Positions 49,096 through 59,543 of a stretch of DNA of 64,000 bases are shown in pieces. The notes beneath the pieces are model-generated. The model had not been told where the DNA came from and did no database searches. It worked only from the letters and a program-made list of their open reading frames with translations. The first letter of the stretch is position 1, and each line of letters begins with the position of its first letter. The DNA is from Limnohabitans sp. (GTDB lineage Bacteria; Pseudomonadota; Gammaproteobacteria; Burkholderiales; Burkholderiaceae_C). The stretch is taken from assembly GCF_017848645.1 (NCBI RefSeq), contig NZ_JAFEIF010000077.1, forward strand, positions 38,398 through 102,397. Direction: 5' to 3'. The position numbers were made by a program, and so were the translations under genes.

Positions 49096-49464
49096 TTACA
49101 GTACTTCAGGGGCCAAGGACACGATCTTCATGAACTTCTCGGTACGCAGTTCACGCGTGACCGGGCCGAAGATGCGGGTGCCGATGGGCTCCAACTTGGC
49201 GTTCAGCAACACAGCGGCGTTGCCATCGAATTTGATGAGCGAGCCATCGCCACGGCGGATGCCCTTGGCAGTGCGAACCACCACAGCACTGTAGATCTCG
49301 CCTTTTTTGACGCGACCACGTGGAGCGGCTTCTTTGATGCTCACTTTGATGATGTCGCCAACACTTGCATAGCGACGCTTGGACCCGCCGAGCACCTTGA
49401 TGCACAGCACGGACTTGGCGCCGGTGTTGTCGGCCACATCCAACCGAGATTCTGTCTGGATCAT
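49096..49464 (-). CDS. rplN: 50S ribosomal protein L14
   Basis: [23 protein letters not shown]. Confidence 0.98.
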   Translation of the reverse strand: MIQTESRLDVADNTGAKSVLCIKVLGGSKRRYASVGDIIKVSIKEAAPRGRVKKGEIYSAVVVRTAKGIRRGDGSLIKFDGNAAVLLNAKLEPIGTRIFGPVTRELRTEKFMKIVSLAPEVL

Positions 49465-49611
49465 TTCTTTGTTCCCAACTTGTATTCTTTATCTGCCAGC
49501 CCAAAAGCCAACATATAAGAATCAGTCTTGGACCCGTCATTCACACAGCAAACCACTCGCTGTGCTTCAGTTTGGGCAGATACCTAAGCCTTTTATAAGG
49601 CGAAGCACACT

Positions 49612-49640
49612 ATTATGCCTGTAAAAAATGCGCCGCGCAA
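49612..49640 (-). promoter_or_regulatory. Candidate sigma70 promoter of spc operon
   Basis: TTGCGC-17 nt-CATAAT about 150 nt upstream of rplN. Confidence 0.55.
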
Positions 49641-49730
49641 GCTGCTCGTGAAAATTTTTGCTTTCTTTACAGCTTGGCACGGCTGCAGGCCTTCTTCTTG
49701 GCGTGATAGTGCCAACGCCATGGCTGGGCT

Positions 49731-51233
49731 TCAACCCTTAGCCCAAGCGCGAGAGCGGGTGACTGCTTCACGCCAACGCGACACATAGGCTGCCCTTTTG
49801 GATTCTGGCCATTGTGGCAAGAATCGCCGCTCTTCTTGCCATTGGGCCGACAGCTCCCCAGCGTCTGACCAGTAGCCGGTAGCCAACCCCGCCAGATACG
49901 TGACCCCAAGCGCCGTGGTCTCACTGATGCGGCTGCGCACCACCGGCACACCCAGCACATTCGCCTGGATCTGCATTAATAGGTCGTTTTTGCTGGCACC
50001 GCCATCTACCCTCAACTCGGTCAGCGCCAATCCGCTGTCGGCGCTCATGGCCCGAAAGACGTCGCCCGTCTGCAAGGCAATGGCCTCCAAGGCAGCTCTG
50101 GCGATGTGCGCCCGACCTGTCCCCCGGGTCATGCCCACCAAGGTCCCGCGGGCCTGACCATCCCAATCGGGCGTACCCAATCCAGCAAAAGCAGGGACCA
50201 AAAAGACGTCACCCGTGTCCTGCACGCTGGCCGCCAAGGCTTCAACCTGGGCTGCGCTGTCAATGATCTGCAATCCGTCTCGCAGCCACTGCACCGTGGC
50301 ACCGGCCATGAATACCGAGCCTTCCAGGGCATAGGCCATGGGGCGATGCGCCGCCCCCGGGCCTTGCCAGGCCACGGTGCTGAGCAATTGGTGGTGACTG
50401 GCCACCGGTTGATCGCCCGTGTTCATCAGCATGAAACAGCCCGTGCCATAGGTGTTTTTGGCCATGCCAGGGGCAAAACAAGCCTGCCCGAACAGGGCTG
50501 CCTGCTGATCGCCCGCCCAGCCTGCAATCGGCACACTGGCACCCAGCAGGTGCGCATCCGTCTCGGCCAGCTGGCCGCAAGAGGGCAAGATCCGGGGCAA
50601 CACCGCAGGCGGAATGTTCAGCAGCGCCAGCATGTCCTCGTCCCATGTCCCGGTTTTCAGGTTGAACAGCAGGGTGCGTGAGGCGTTGCTGGGCTCGGTG
50701 GCATGTACCCGTCCGCCCGTCAGCTGCCACAGCAGCCAACTGTCCACCGTGCCAAAGGCCAATTCGCCCCGTTCGGCCCGCGCCCGGGCGCCAGGTACAT
50801 GGTCCAGCAACCAGGCCAGCTTGGTGCCCGAAAAATAAGCATCGAGTACCAAGCCGGTTTTGGCGGCGATGACCGCATCGTGGCCTGCCGCGCGCAAGTC
50901 CTCGCACAACCCGGCAGTACGGCGATCCTGCCAGACGATGGCTGGAGCCACCGGCTGCCCCGTTTGGCGATCCCACAGCACGGTGGTTTCGCGCTGGTTG
51001 GTGATGCCCATGGCGCGGATCTGCTGAGCAGTGATGCACGCCCGCCCCAGCACCTCGCGCAGCACAGCCAATTGTGTTTGCCAAATTTCGGTGGCATCGT
51101 GCTCCACCCACCCCGGGTGTGGGAAATGCTGGGTAAATTCGCGTTGTGCCATGGCCACCACCTGGCCTGCACGGTCAAACACCACCGCCCTTGAGCTGGT
51201 GGTGCCTTGGTCTATTGAAAGCATGTAATCCAT
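49731..51233 (-). CDS. glpK: Glycerol kinase
   Basis: [60 protein letters not shown]. Confidence 0.96.
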   Translation of the reverse strand: MDYMLSIDQGTTSSRAVVFDRAGQVVAMAQREFTQHFPHPGWVEHDATEIWQTQLAVLREVLGRACITAQQIRAMGITNQRETTVLWDRQTGQPVAPAIVWQDRRTAGLCEDLRAAGHDAVIAAKTGLVLDAYFSGTKLAWLLDHVPGARARAERGELAFGTVDSWLLWQLTGGRVHATEPSNASRTLLFNLKTGTWDEDMLALLNIPPAVLPRILPSCGQLAETDAHLLGASVPIAGWAGDQQAALFGQACFAPGMAKNTYGTGCFMLMNTGDQPVASHHQLLSTVAWQGPGAAHRPMAYALEGSVFMAGATVQWLRDGLQIIDSAAQVEALAASVQDTGDVFLVPAFAGLGTPDWDGQARGTLVGMTRGTGRAHIARAALEAIALQTGDVFRAMSADSGLALTELRVDGGASKNDLLMQIQANVLGVPVVRSRISETTALGVTYLAGLATGYWSDAGELSAQWQEERRFLPQWPESKRAAYVSRWREAVTRSRAWAKG

Positions 51234-51321
51234 GTGCACTAGATTAGCGCAAAGCAACCCCCACAAACAGCGACAATTCCCCGATTGACCATCTGCATCA
51301 GACACACAAGGGACACCCGAC

Positions 51322-52143
51322 ATGACCACCTCACACCACATCGCCTTCATCGGCGGCGGCAACATGGCCAGCGCCATCATTGGCGGCCTGATCCGCCAAG
51401 GCATGAGGCCCGATCAATTCACCGTGATCGAACCCTTTGCCGACACCGCCGCCAAGCTGCACAAGGACTTTGGCATCACCGCCTTGCCCGCCGCAGACGC
51501 AGCCCTGGCCCGAGCGGACTTGGTGGTCTGGGCGGTTAAACCGCAAGTCTTCAGCGAAGCCGCTGCCCCGGTCATGCCCCACACCCGCGCCGCCTTGCAC
51601 CTGTCGGTGGCCGCGGGCATCCGCACCGACAGCATTACCCGCTGGGTCGGCACCGATCGGGTGGTGCGCTGCATGCCCAACACCCCGGCTCTGGTGGGCC
51701 AGGGCATCACCGGCTTGTTTGCCTGCCCATCGGTCACCCCGCAAGACCAGACACTGGTGGAGCAGGTCATTGGGACCACCGGACAATTCATCTGGGTGCA
51801 ACAGGAGTCGCAGCTGGACGCCGTGACCGCCTTGTCGGGGTCCGGTCCAGCCTATGTGTTTTATTTCCTCGAAGCCATGACCGAAGCGGGCGTTGGCATG
51901 GGTATGAGCCCCGAACAGGCCTATCAGCTGGCGGTGGCCACGTTTTCGGGGGCGGCCAGCCTGGCTGCAGCTTCTACCGAATCACCCGAGGTGCTGCGCC
52001 AACGCGTCACGTCCAAAGGCGGAACCACCTATGCGGCCCTCACCGCGATGGAGGCGGCCGGCATCAAGCCCGCTTTTGTGAAAGCCATGCAAGCGGCTGA
52101 GCAACGCGCCCGCGAATTGGGCGATGAGTTTGGCAAAGCCTGA
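51322..52143 (+). CDS. proC: Pyrroline-5-carboxylate reductase
   Basis: [35 protein letters not shown]. Confidence 0.97.
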   Translation: MTTSHHIAFIGGGNMASAIIGGLIRQGMRPDQFTVIEPFADTAAKLHKDFGITALPAADAALARADLVVWAVKPQVFSEAAAPVMPHTRAALHLSVAAGIRTDSITRWVGTDRVVRCMPNTPALVGQGITGLFACPSVTPQDQTLVEQVIGTTGQFIWVQQESQLDAVTALSGSGPAYVFYFLEAMTEAGVGMGMSPEQAYQLAVATFSGAASLAAASTESPEVLRQRVTSKGGTTYAALTAMEAAGIKPAFVKAMQAAEQRARELGDEFGKA

Positions 52144-52176
52144 ACGCGGGCCAGCCCCTGGCTGCTGGTCGGGACA

Positions 52177-53028
52177 TCAGGTGTAAGACAAGGCCACGCC
52201 CGCAAACACACTCAAGCCTAGCCAGTGGTTCAACCTGAAGGCCTTGAAGCAACCCTCGCGGCTGCGGTCCTTGATCAACCACACATGCCACATCGCCTGC
52301 GCGGCCGCTCCCGCCAGACCCGCCCACAGCCAAGCGCCGCGCACAGGTGCGTCCAGCAGCAACGCCCATAGGATCAAAAAGGCCGCGTAAAAGCCCGCGA
52401 TGGCGAGCACATCCCATTGGCCCAAGGTGATGGCCGAGGTTTTCATGCCGATCTTCAGATCGTCATCGCGGTCCACCATCGCGTATTCGGTGTCGTACGC
52501 CAACACCCAGAACAAATTGCCCAAAAGCAAAGCCCAAGCGAGCAACGGCACTTCGCTTTGGACCGCTGCAAATGCCATCGGAATTCCAAAACTGAAGGCC
52601 ACCCCCAGCACCGCCTGAGGCATGGACACAAAACGTTTGGCATAGGGATAAACCAAGGTCACGGCCAATGCCGCAAATGACCAGGTCACCGTCGCGCGGT
52701 TGGTGCTGAGCACCAGCACAAAAGCCAGCAGCGCCAGCGCCACCCCCAAACCCAGCGCCTCTTTGACACCCAAACGCCCGCTGGTCACCGGACGCTGGGC
52801 CGTGCGTTTGACATGCTTGTCAAACTCGCGATCGGCCACATCGTTGACGCAACAGCCAGCGCTGCGCATGAGGATGGTACCCAGCGTGAACACCACCACC
52901 AAATGCCAGCCCGGGAAGCCGTCAGCCGCCACCCACAAGGCCGACAAAGTGGGCCACAACAACAACAACCAGCCGGCAGGTCGGTTCCAGCGGATCAGGT
53001 CCAGGTAAAGCTTGAGTCGGTCAGTCAT
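52177..53028 (-). CDS. ubiA: 4-hydroxybenzoate octaprenyltransferase
   Basis: [35 protein letters not shown]. Confidence 0.96.
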   Translation of the reverse strand: MTDRLKLYLDLIRWNRPAGWLLLLWPTLSALWVAADGFPGWHLVVVFTLGTILMRSAGCCVNDVADREFDKHVKRTAQRPVTSGRLGVKEALGLGVALALLAFVLVLSTNRATVTWSFAALAVTLVYPYAKRFVSMPQAVLGVAFSFGIPMAFAAVQSEVPLLAWALLLGNLFWVLAYDTEYAMVDRDDDLKIGMKTSAITLGQWDVLAIAGFYAAFLILWALLLDAPVRGAWLWAGLAGAAAQAMWHVWLIKDRSREGCFKAFRLNHWLGLSVFAGVALSYT

Positions 53029-53112
53029 CCACGAATTATCCGTCCCCCATCCTGTGAGGCCTCGCCTGCGGACTCAAGCCATTGGCCCGGCCGCAAACGG
53101 CATCACCTGCAC

Positions 53113-53709
53113 TCAGAAACGGTAACCCAAGCCGACCGCATACAAAACGGGGTCCACCTTCAAACGCCCGATGCTGCTGCCGACCGAATAAACATCGGTT
53201 CGGATGTAAGCCTTCTTCACATCCAGATTGATGGACCAATTGCGATCCAGCGGTATGTCCAGTCCGGCTTGAAACGCCCAACCCCAACTGTGACTGTCCA
53301 AACTCACCCCCGCAGGCAAAGCCACATCGCTGAAGTGCGTGTAGTTGATGCCCGCGCCCAGATAGGGCTTGATCCCTGGCTGGTCGGTGAAGTGGTATTG
53401 CAACAGCAAGCTGGGCGGCAAATGCTTGAAAGACCCGATTTCGCTGCCATTGGCATAAACCGTTTGCTTTTGTGGGGTGGTCAAGACCAGTTCGGCTGCC
53501 AAGTTCGGGCTCAGGAAGTAGGTGACGTCCACCTCACCGAAAGTCTTGTTGTTGATCGACAAGCCCAAGGGTGTTGAGTCCTTGTTGCTGCTGTCCAGGT
53601 GTACCGATCGAATGCGAACCATCCAGGGACTCTCTCCAGATGCCTGGGCAAACACCCCAGTCACTGAGCCCGCTGCCAAAATCGCCGCCATCACAACGTG
53701 TTTTTTCAT
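53113..53709 (-). CDS. ompW: OmpW family outer-membrane protein
   Basis: Signal peptide, HLPPSLLLQYHF, PYLGAGINY, C-terminal GLGYRF. Confidence 0.93.
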   Translation of the reverse strand: MKKHVVMAAILAAGSVTGVFAQASGESPWMVRIRSVHLDSSNKDSTPLGLSINNKTFGEVDVTYFLSPNLAAELVLTTPQKQTVYANGSEIGSFKHLPPSLLLQYHFTDQPGIKPYLGAGINYTHFSDVALPAGVSLDSHSWGWAFQAGLDIPLDRNWSINLDVKKAYIRTDVYSVGSSIGRLKVDPVLYAVGLGYRF

Positions 53710-53778
53710 ATTGACATTCCTTATGAACGAGAGAAACGCCTCTCCATTTCATTGGAATGGATCACAGTCTGCGCACAT

Positions 53779-53841
53779 TTGCCCCACATCAAATGACACC
53801 GCGCCACTTGCGCACAGGCACTTGCCTTTGAGCGTTGTCAA
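53779..53841. promoter_or_regulatory. Two FNR-like boxes upstream of ompW
   Basis: TTGcc-ccac-ATCAA (53779-53792) and TTGAg-cgtt-gTCAA (53828-53841), each 8/10 to TTGAT-N4-ATCAA. Confidence 0.55.
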
Positions 53842-53938
53842 ATGCACGTGTCTGTTTTTGGCACCTTGTGTGATTGATAACAGACAAACACGCGTCCTTG
53901 GGATGTCCATCGAAATTGGATGTCCAAAGGATTTGCGA

Positions 53939-54823
53939 CTAAGGCGTTTTCATCCGACCGTCGTCACACTTTCCTCGCAGCAAAGTCACCAGCACAGCAC
54001 CGGTCACCAACATCAAAGCCGTGCCCCACAGTGGCGACAGAACCCAATGCCGCCCCCGATGAGGGCCTGGTTGCCAACTGCTGAAAAATTCAGGACTACG
54101 CTGCAAATACAGCACGCAATCTGAAGGTGCTTGACACACCATCCCACCAGGTGGCACCTGGATGTTTGAAGGCGGCATCGTTGACACCCGGCCTGTCGTC
54201 AAAGCCAATGACAACAACAAGACAAGTCCGCCAAGCACCCACCAGCCCGTGTAAAAAGTTCGCTTGGCCGAAGTCGACACCCTGCGCACACCTCGCAGTT
54301 GAACGCCTGCAGCTACAGCCAACAGGTTGACCAAAAAATCATTGAAATCCAGGTAATTGCTGTACGCGCGAGTGATCCACAAGTATTGGGCCACTTCATC
54401 CACCGTTCCCAAGAACGTGGCACTCAGCAAAATCCATCCAGCCATCCCTTGCTCACCATCGGGATCCCAGGCCTTGGCCATCATCCAGGCCAACAGTGCA
54501 TATTGAGGGTAATGCGCATATTCGTTGACAGTGAAGGTCAACCATGCATCTACAGCGTAGACGCAAGCGGCCCATATCGCCCAAAACCACATCATTTGAC
54601 GGCGTTGTGTGGGCTCTGATTGCCGGTACACCCGCCACAGATGCACGATCAAAAGCATGGCCCCCAAGAAGGCCACATAAGGCACCGCCTGTTTGAATGC
54701 ATAGGGCCCCCAAGGGCCCTGCCGTTCACTGACCAACCAGATGGAAAAGGCCAGATGACCCCAAGTGGTCACCACGAAATAGATGGCTGTTAGCCACATC
54801 CACATTTTGCGTTGATTGGTCAT
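53939..54823 (-). CDS. VanZ-like multi-pass membrane protein
   Basis: Several TM helices; HYPQYALLAW, GTVDEVAQY, DFNDFLVNLL resemble VanZ H..Y / DE..Q / D...N motifs. Confidence 0.6.
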   Translation of the reverse strand: MTNQRKMWMWLTAIYFVVTTWGHLAFSIWLVSERQGPWGPYAFKQAVPYVAFLGAMLLIVHLWRVYRQSEPTQRRQMMWFWAIWAACVYAVDAWLTFTVNEYAHYPQYALLAWMMAKAWDPDGEQGMAGWILLSATFLGTVDEVAQYLWITRAYSNYLDFNDFLVNLLAVAAGVQLRGVRRVSTSAKRTFYTGWWVLGGLVLLLSLALTTGRVSTMPPSNIQVPPGGMVCQAPSDCVLYLQRSPEFFSSWQPGPHRGRHWVLSPLWGTALMLVTGAVLVTLLRGKCDDGRMKTP

Positions 54824-54897
54824 ATTGATGCTTTTGGGACTTTTTTTATTATCAAGACTAGAATCATTTCAAATTTCATGGCCCGCTCGAATCACAC

Positions 54898-56706
54898 ATG
54901 AACACCACCCCAGAACAACTGGCCACGAGCCATCCGATCAACAATCCGAGTTTATCCACCCTGGCGGATGAACACAGACACACGATTCTTCCTCTCGGAT
55001 TGCTCGCATTTCTGGCCTCTTGCGGTGGTGGTGGTCAATCCCCCAATGTGGCATCAGAGCCTGCGGGCACACCCACCCAACGAGAAGCAGCTCGTTTTTT
55101 GTTACATGCCCAATTTGGTACTTCCTATGCAGAAATCACCGAAGTCAAACGATTGGGGTTTGAAGGCTGGCTGAACAAGCAAATGGCTTTACCCTCCAGT
55201 CTTTCCGGCTGGGACTGGTTGAAATCCAAAGGCTACGATGCCGTTGATCAAAACGAGTTTTTCTTCAACGATCAACCGACCAATTACATGGTCTGGTATC
55301 AGATCATGGCCTCACCAGACCAAGTACGACGCCGCATGGCTCTGGCCTTATCGGAATTTTTCGTGGTGTCCAACCAAGGTATTCAGCTCAATTGGCCGGG
55401 CTTTGCCATGGCGAACTATTGGGACATCTTGTGTCAGCATGCTTTTGGCAATTTCAGGCAACTGCTGGAAGCGGTGACACTCTCCAATGCCATGGGCTCA
55501 TTTCTGAACACCCTCGGCAATCAAAAAGAAGACGCGCGCTCAGGACGCCAACCTGATGAAAACTACGCCCGCGAAGTCATGCAGCTGTTCACCGTTGGCT
55601 TGACACAGCTCAACATCGATGGAAGTCCAAAAATGGGCAGCAACGGGCAGGCGCTTGAGACCTACACCCAGCAAGACGTCAGTCAATTGGCACGCGTCTT
55701 TACTGGCTATGTCTTAGATGAAGATGGCCCGAAGTTCAAAAGTCCCGTACCGCCATTTTTTGACATCCTTCCCATTGGCTATACTCGCCGCCCCATGCGA
55801 CTTGTTGAGGGCCTGCATTCGCCCGGGGTCAAGTCATTTTTGGGCAAGGAAATCCCGGCCAACACATCTGGGACTGCGTCGCTTCAAATGGCCTTGGACA
55901 CCTTGTTCAACCATCCCAATGTGGGTCCTTTTTTCGGCAGGCAAATGATTCAACGCCTGGTCACGAGCGACCCCAGTCCCGCTTATGTTGCTCGAGTAGC
56001 CAAAATTTTCAACAACAATGGCCAAGGCGTCCGAGGCGATTTGGCCGCCGTCTTCAAAGCGATATTGCTCGACCCAGAAGCGCTTGACGCTGCATCGCTC
56101 AAGTCCAACACCTTCGGCAAGTTGCGCGAACCCATGGTGAGGATTGCGCAATGGGCGCATACCTTCAAAGTCAAATCGACGCGCAACACCTGGAAAATGG
56201 GTGCACCCACGTGGTCGGCTGTGGAATCACTGGCCCAAAGCCCACTGCAAGCGCCATCCGTTTTCAACTTTTTCAGGCCAGGTTATGTGCCGCCATCGAC
56301 TCCCATGGCTGCAACAGGCTCTACAGCGCCTGAGTTCCAATTGGTCAATGAAAGTACCGTGTCTTCTTACATCAATTACCTGCAAAGCATCTTGCAAAGA
56401 GGCATTTGGGTCAGAGCGCCTGAACTGGCCGGCAATCCCAAAGATCCAACCTCAACCGACGGCCCTGACATCGTGCCGGACTACGGGTTTGAGTATGGTT
56501 TGACAGATAACGCCGACACATTGGTACAGCATCTGAATTTGTTGCTGTGTGCGGGTCAGGTGTCTACGCAAACTGTGGGGCACATCACCGATGCTCTGCG
56601 CAACGAAAGTGTTTCCGTTTCTGCACCTGAAAACGCGCTGCGCAACCATGTGTCCCGTGCTCTTTTATTTGTGATGTGCAGTTCAGACTATCTCATCCAG
56701 CGCTAA
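54898..56706 (+). CDS. DUF1800 family protein
   Basis: AARFLLHAQFG, RRRMALALSEFFVVS, PDENYAREVMQLFTVGL, HPNVGPF, RLVTSDPSPAYV, GKLREP, APSVFNFF; lipobox-like LASC. Confidence 0.9.
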   Translation: MNTTPEQLATSHPINNPSLSTLADEHRHTILPLGLLAFLASCGGGGQSPNVASEPAGTPTQREAARFLLHAQFGTSYAEITEVKRLGFEGWLNKQMALPSSLSGWDWLKSKGYDAVDQNEFFFNDQPTNYMVWYQIMASPDQVRRRMALALSEFFVVSNQGIQLNWPGFAMANYWDILCQHAFGNFRQLLEAVTLSNAMGSFLNTLGNQKEDARSGRQPDENYAREVMQLFTVGLTQLNIDGSPKMGSNGQALETYTQQDVSQLARVFTGYVLDEDGPKFKSPVPPFFDILPIGYTRRPMRLVEGLHSPGVKSFLGKEIPANTSGTASLQMALDTLFNHPNVGPFFGRQMIQRLVTSDPSPAYVARVAKIFNNNGQGVRGDLAAVFKAILLDPEALDAASLKSNTFGKLREPMVRIAQWAHTFKVKSTRNTWKMGAPTWSAVESLAQSPLQAPSVFNFFRPGYVPPSTPMAATGSTAPEFQLVNESTVSSYINYLQSILQRGIWVRAPELAGNPKDPTSTDGPDIVPDYGFEYGLTDNADTLVQHLNLLLCAGQVSTQTVGHITDALRNESVSVSAPENALRNHVSRALLFVMCSSDYLIQR

Positions 56707-56716
56707 GGGACGTGCC

Positions 56717-58174
56717 ATGAACAACGACATTCAACATCACCACAGTCGGCGCACTTTTTTGCACCGCATGGGTCAGTTGAGCCTGGCGGGCGTCAGCACC
56801 CCCATGGCTCTGAACTTGGCCGCCATGGGGGAGGCTGCCGCCTCAACCGCCAACGATTACAAGGCACTGGTTTGCGTTTTTCTGTATGGCGGCAATGACT
56901 ACGCCAATACGGTCATGACCTATGACGATGCCAGCCATGCGCAATACGCACGCATTCGTGCGGCTGGAGCCGGCAGCGCTGCGGGCAACATGGTGATTTC
57001 CAAAGAAGCGTTACAACCCACTCTGTTGCGACCGCACCAAGCGCTTCCAAATGGACGCGCTTATGCCCTGCATCCAAGCATGGGCGGACTGGCGCAACTT
57101 TTCAACGACGGCAAAGCCGCCGTTCAATTGAACGTGGGCCCCTTGGTCGTTCCCTTGACGCGTGCGCAATACAACAGCGGCAACACGCAGCGCTTCCCAC
57201 TGCCCCCCAAATTGTTTTCTCACAATGACCAACAGTCCGTTTGGCAATCCCTTTCTCCCGAGGGCTCCACTGTAGGCTGGGGTGGTCGCTTGGGCGATCA
57301 AGTCATGTCCAACAACACCGACTCCCTGTTCACCTGTATTTCCATCACCGGCAACAGTGTGTTTCTTTCAGGGAACCAGGCGCTCCAATACCAATGCAGC
57401 GCCAGTGGTGCCATTCCCGTCAAAGCTTTGCAGCCTCAAGACTGGATGATGCCCAACGCCAACATGCGTGAAGCCTTCCAGGCGCTGATCCAACAGCCCT
57501 CTCCCCACGTTTTGCAAAATGCTTACACCAGCGTCATGAAGCGGGCACTCGTGGCCGAGTCGAAAGTCAGCAATGCCATCGCCCGTGTCCAACTGCGCAC
57601 AGGCTTCACCAACAACAACCTGTCCAATCAACTCAAAATGGTTGCACGCCTGATTGGTGCGCGTCAGTCCTTGGCCAACAAGCGTCAGGTTTTCATGGTG
57701 TCCATTGGCGGCTTTGATTTGCATGACAACCTTGTCTCGAAACAACCCGGCCTGCTTCGTGAGGTCGACACAGCACTCACTTCATTTTTCAAAGCCACCG
57801 AAGAACTGGGCGTATCTGATCAAGTCACCACATTCACGGCTTCTGATTTTGGTCGAACCCTCACCTCCAATGGTGATGGCTCAGACCACGGATGGGGTTC
57901 ACACCATTTTGTGATGGGCGGGGGACTCAAGGGAGCCCAGTTTTACGGCGAAGCCCCTCCCGTGAGTGCCAGCGACAGCAATTCAGCCGAGGACCAATGG
58001 CATGTTGGTCAAGGTCGCTTGCTGCCACGCACATCCACCGATCAGTTCGCGGCCACACTGGCACGTTGGTTTGGCGTTCCAGAGCAAGATTTGGGTTGGA
58101 TATTGCCCAACCTCAAAAATTTTGGAGTCCAAGCGGGTCGCCCAGATTACCCAAGTGATCTAGGGTATTTCTGA
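56717..58174 (+). CDS. DUF1501 family protein with twin-arginine signal
   Basis: SRRTFL; YKALVCVFLYGGND, LFSHNDQQ, GGFDLH, ASDFGRTL, GSDHGWG. Confidence 0.9.
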   Translation: MNNDIQHHHSRRTFLHRMGQLSLAGVSTPMALNLAAMGEAAASTANDYKALVCVFLYGGNDYANTVMTYDDASHAQYARIRAAGAGSAAGNMVISKEALQPTLLRPHQALPNGRAYALHPSMGGLAQLFNDGKAAVQLNVGPLVVPLTRAQYNSGNTQRFPLPPKLFSHNDQQSVWQSLSPEGSTVGWGGRLGDQVMSNNTDSLFTCISITGNSVFLSGNQALQYQCSASGAIPVKALQPQDWMMPNANMREAFQALIQQPSPHVLQNAYTSVMKRALVAESKVSNAIARVQLRTGFTNNNLSNQLKMVARLIGARQSLANKRQVFMVSIGGFDLHDNLVSKQPGLLREVDTALTSFFKATEELGVSDQVTTFTASDFGRTLTSNGDGSDHGWGSHHFVMGGGLKGAQFYGEAPPVSASDSNSAEDQWHVGQGRLLPRTSTDQFAATLARWFGVPEQDLGWILPNLKNFGVQAGRPDYPSDLGYF

Positions 58175-58580
58175 GGCCACTGAATCACATCCCACCGCCC
58201 TTTATTGAGGTTATCAAACTACTTTCAAGTGTTTTTTCAGACCTCTTCATGGTTTCCCGTGATTTCTTTTCTGGCTCATGGTGACCTCACCATCGGTAAC
58301 TTCTGCGATGCGACCTTTATTGAACACGGGCCGACGCAAGTGCTGAAAAATCCAACATGTCGAATTTTTCTGATTTGAGGAAGACGTCAACAACTCGCTA
58401 CTGACGTACAGGAGGAGTTGAAATCCTTGCACTGGGCTGGTCACCGACCTCACCCAAGGCCACGTGCTCCTGGCTCAATTCACCTCGTCAAGCATCAAGG
58501 GTCATCCTGAGCCTCTGACTTTGGTCATTCAAACTGATTTGAATCTTTTGCCCGCAAGTGCCAGCTCAGGAGTTTCCCCA

Positions 58581-59543
58581 TCATCGACGTAGCCCGGTGA
58601 CCTCCGTGACCACCCTGCGGTTCGCTTGGTTACATGCAATGGCTGCACTCGTTGGCTGGCGGGCGCAGCGGGTCTCGACCAACTGGCGAGCACCTTTACC
58701 CTCGGAGGTCAAAGGAGCGGAAATTTGGCCAGTGGTTTTGAGATATTGACGCACCGTATTGGCTCTGTTAACCGACAAACGCTCATTGAACTCTGGTGAA
58801 CCCAGCGGGTCTGCATGACCCACCACATGAATACTGTCCACACGAACGTAGTCTTTGCGTATCCGCGCCGTGAGCATGTCCAATGACTCACGCCCTGAAG
58901 CCGTCAAACCATTCAGATCGGATCGACCGAACGCGAACAGGGTATCGGTCGACAAAATGAATTGCTCTGGCTGTATAACTGGTGCCACAACAGGAGCAGC
59001 AACCGCCACACAACTTTGGGCCTGGGTCACTCTGGAAATTGTGTGTATTTGAAGTCGGGTTGCACCTAACTCTTGCAGTGCTTGTGCAGCCGTCACAGGC
59101 TTCATGACGGGCCGACCAGAGGATTCCACAACGGTCAGGAATTGAGTTTGGGCAGGAGGCATTTCAATGGCCGTGACTGAATCATAGTTGTCCCGCGCAC
59201 TTTGCCCCACTCGGAATTGGCGTGCGCCAACCTCGAATTGGCCGGGCGGCAGGCAAAGTTGGCTGTACCCACCGGGCACCAGGGATGTGTGGTACTGGCC
59301 TTGAATGAAGACACCCGTCGCACCTGCCAACTGCTGGGTGTTGAAGGCGCGATAAACAACGATGCGACTTTGATTGGCCCCGATGTTCGTGAGCGGTGTA
59401 AAAACACCACCCAAAACATCAATCCTGGCATTGACGCCCGCTTGATTGGTCGTGACACTGGTTTGCGCTTGTGAAACAGATGCGCCCAATAGCGCCAGAA
59501 ACAGTCCGGTGAACAGGGTTGTGTAAATTTTGATTCTTTGCAT
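58581..59543 (-). CDS. OmpA C-terminal domain protein with exported N-terminal domain
   Basis: Signal peptide from MQRIKIY (59543); YHTSLVPGGYSQLCL; LFAFGRS, VVGHADPLGS, NERLSVNRA, NRRV. Confidence 0.85.
   Translation of the reverse strand: MQRIKIYTTLFTGLFLALLGASVSQAQTSVTTNQAGVNARIDVLGGVFTPLTNIGANQSRIVVYRAFNTQQLAGATGVFIQGQYHTSLVPGGYSQLCLPPGQFEVGARQFRVGQSARDNYDSVTAIEMPPAQTQFLTVVESSGRPVMKPVTAAQALQELGATRLQIHTISRVTQAQSCVAVAAPVVAPVIQPEQFILSTDTLFAFGRSDLNGLTASGRESLDMLTARIRKDYVRVDSIHVVGHADPLGSPEFNERLSVNRANTVRQYLKTTGQISAPLTSEGKGARQLVETRCARQPTSAAIACNQANRRVVTEVTGLRR

Noticed and set aside
49525-49531. CCAAGAC heptamer in rplN leader shared with rplJ and rpoB leaders
   Set aside because: A 7-mer is expected by chance in 64 kb and also occurs in the opposite orientation before tuf.
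53897-53930. GGATGTCCA direct repeat downstream of the VanZ-like gene
   Set aside because: Two 9-mers at a gene 3' end with no positional logic for an operator.
58247-58453. 68-aa track ORF as a real small gene
   Set aside because: No SD or recognisable domain; treated only as part of the possible decayed region.
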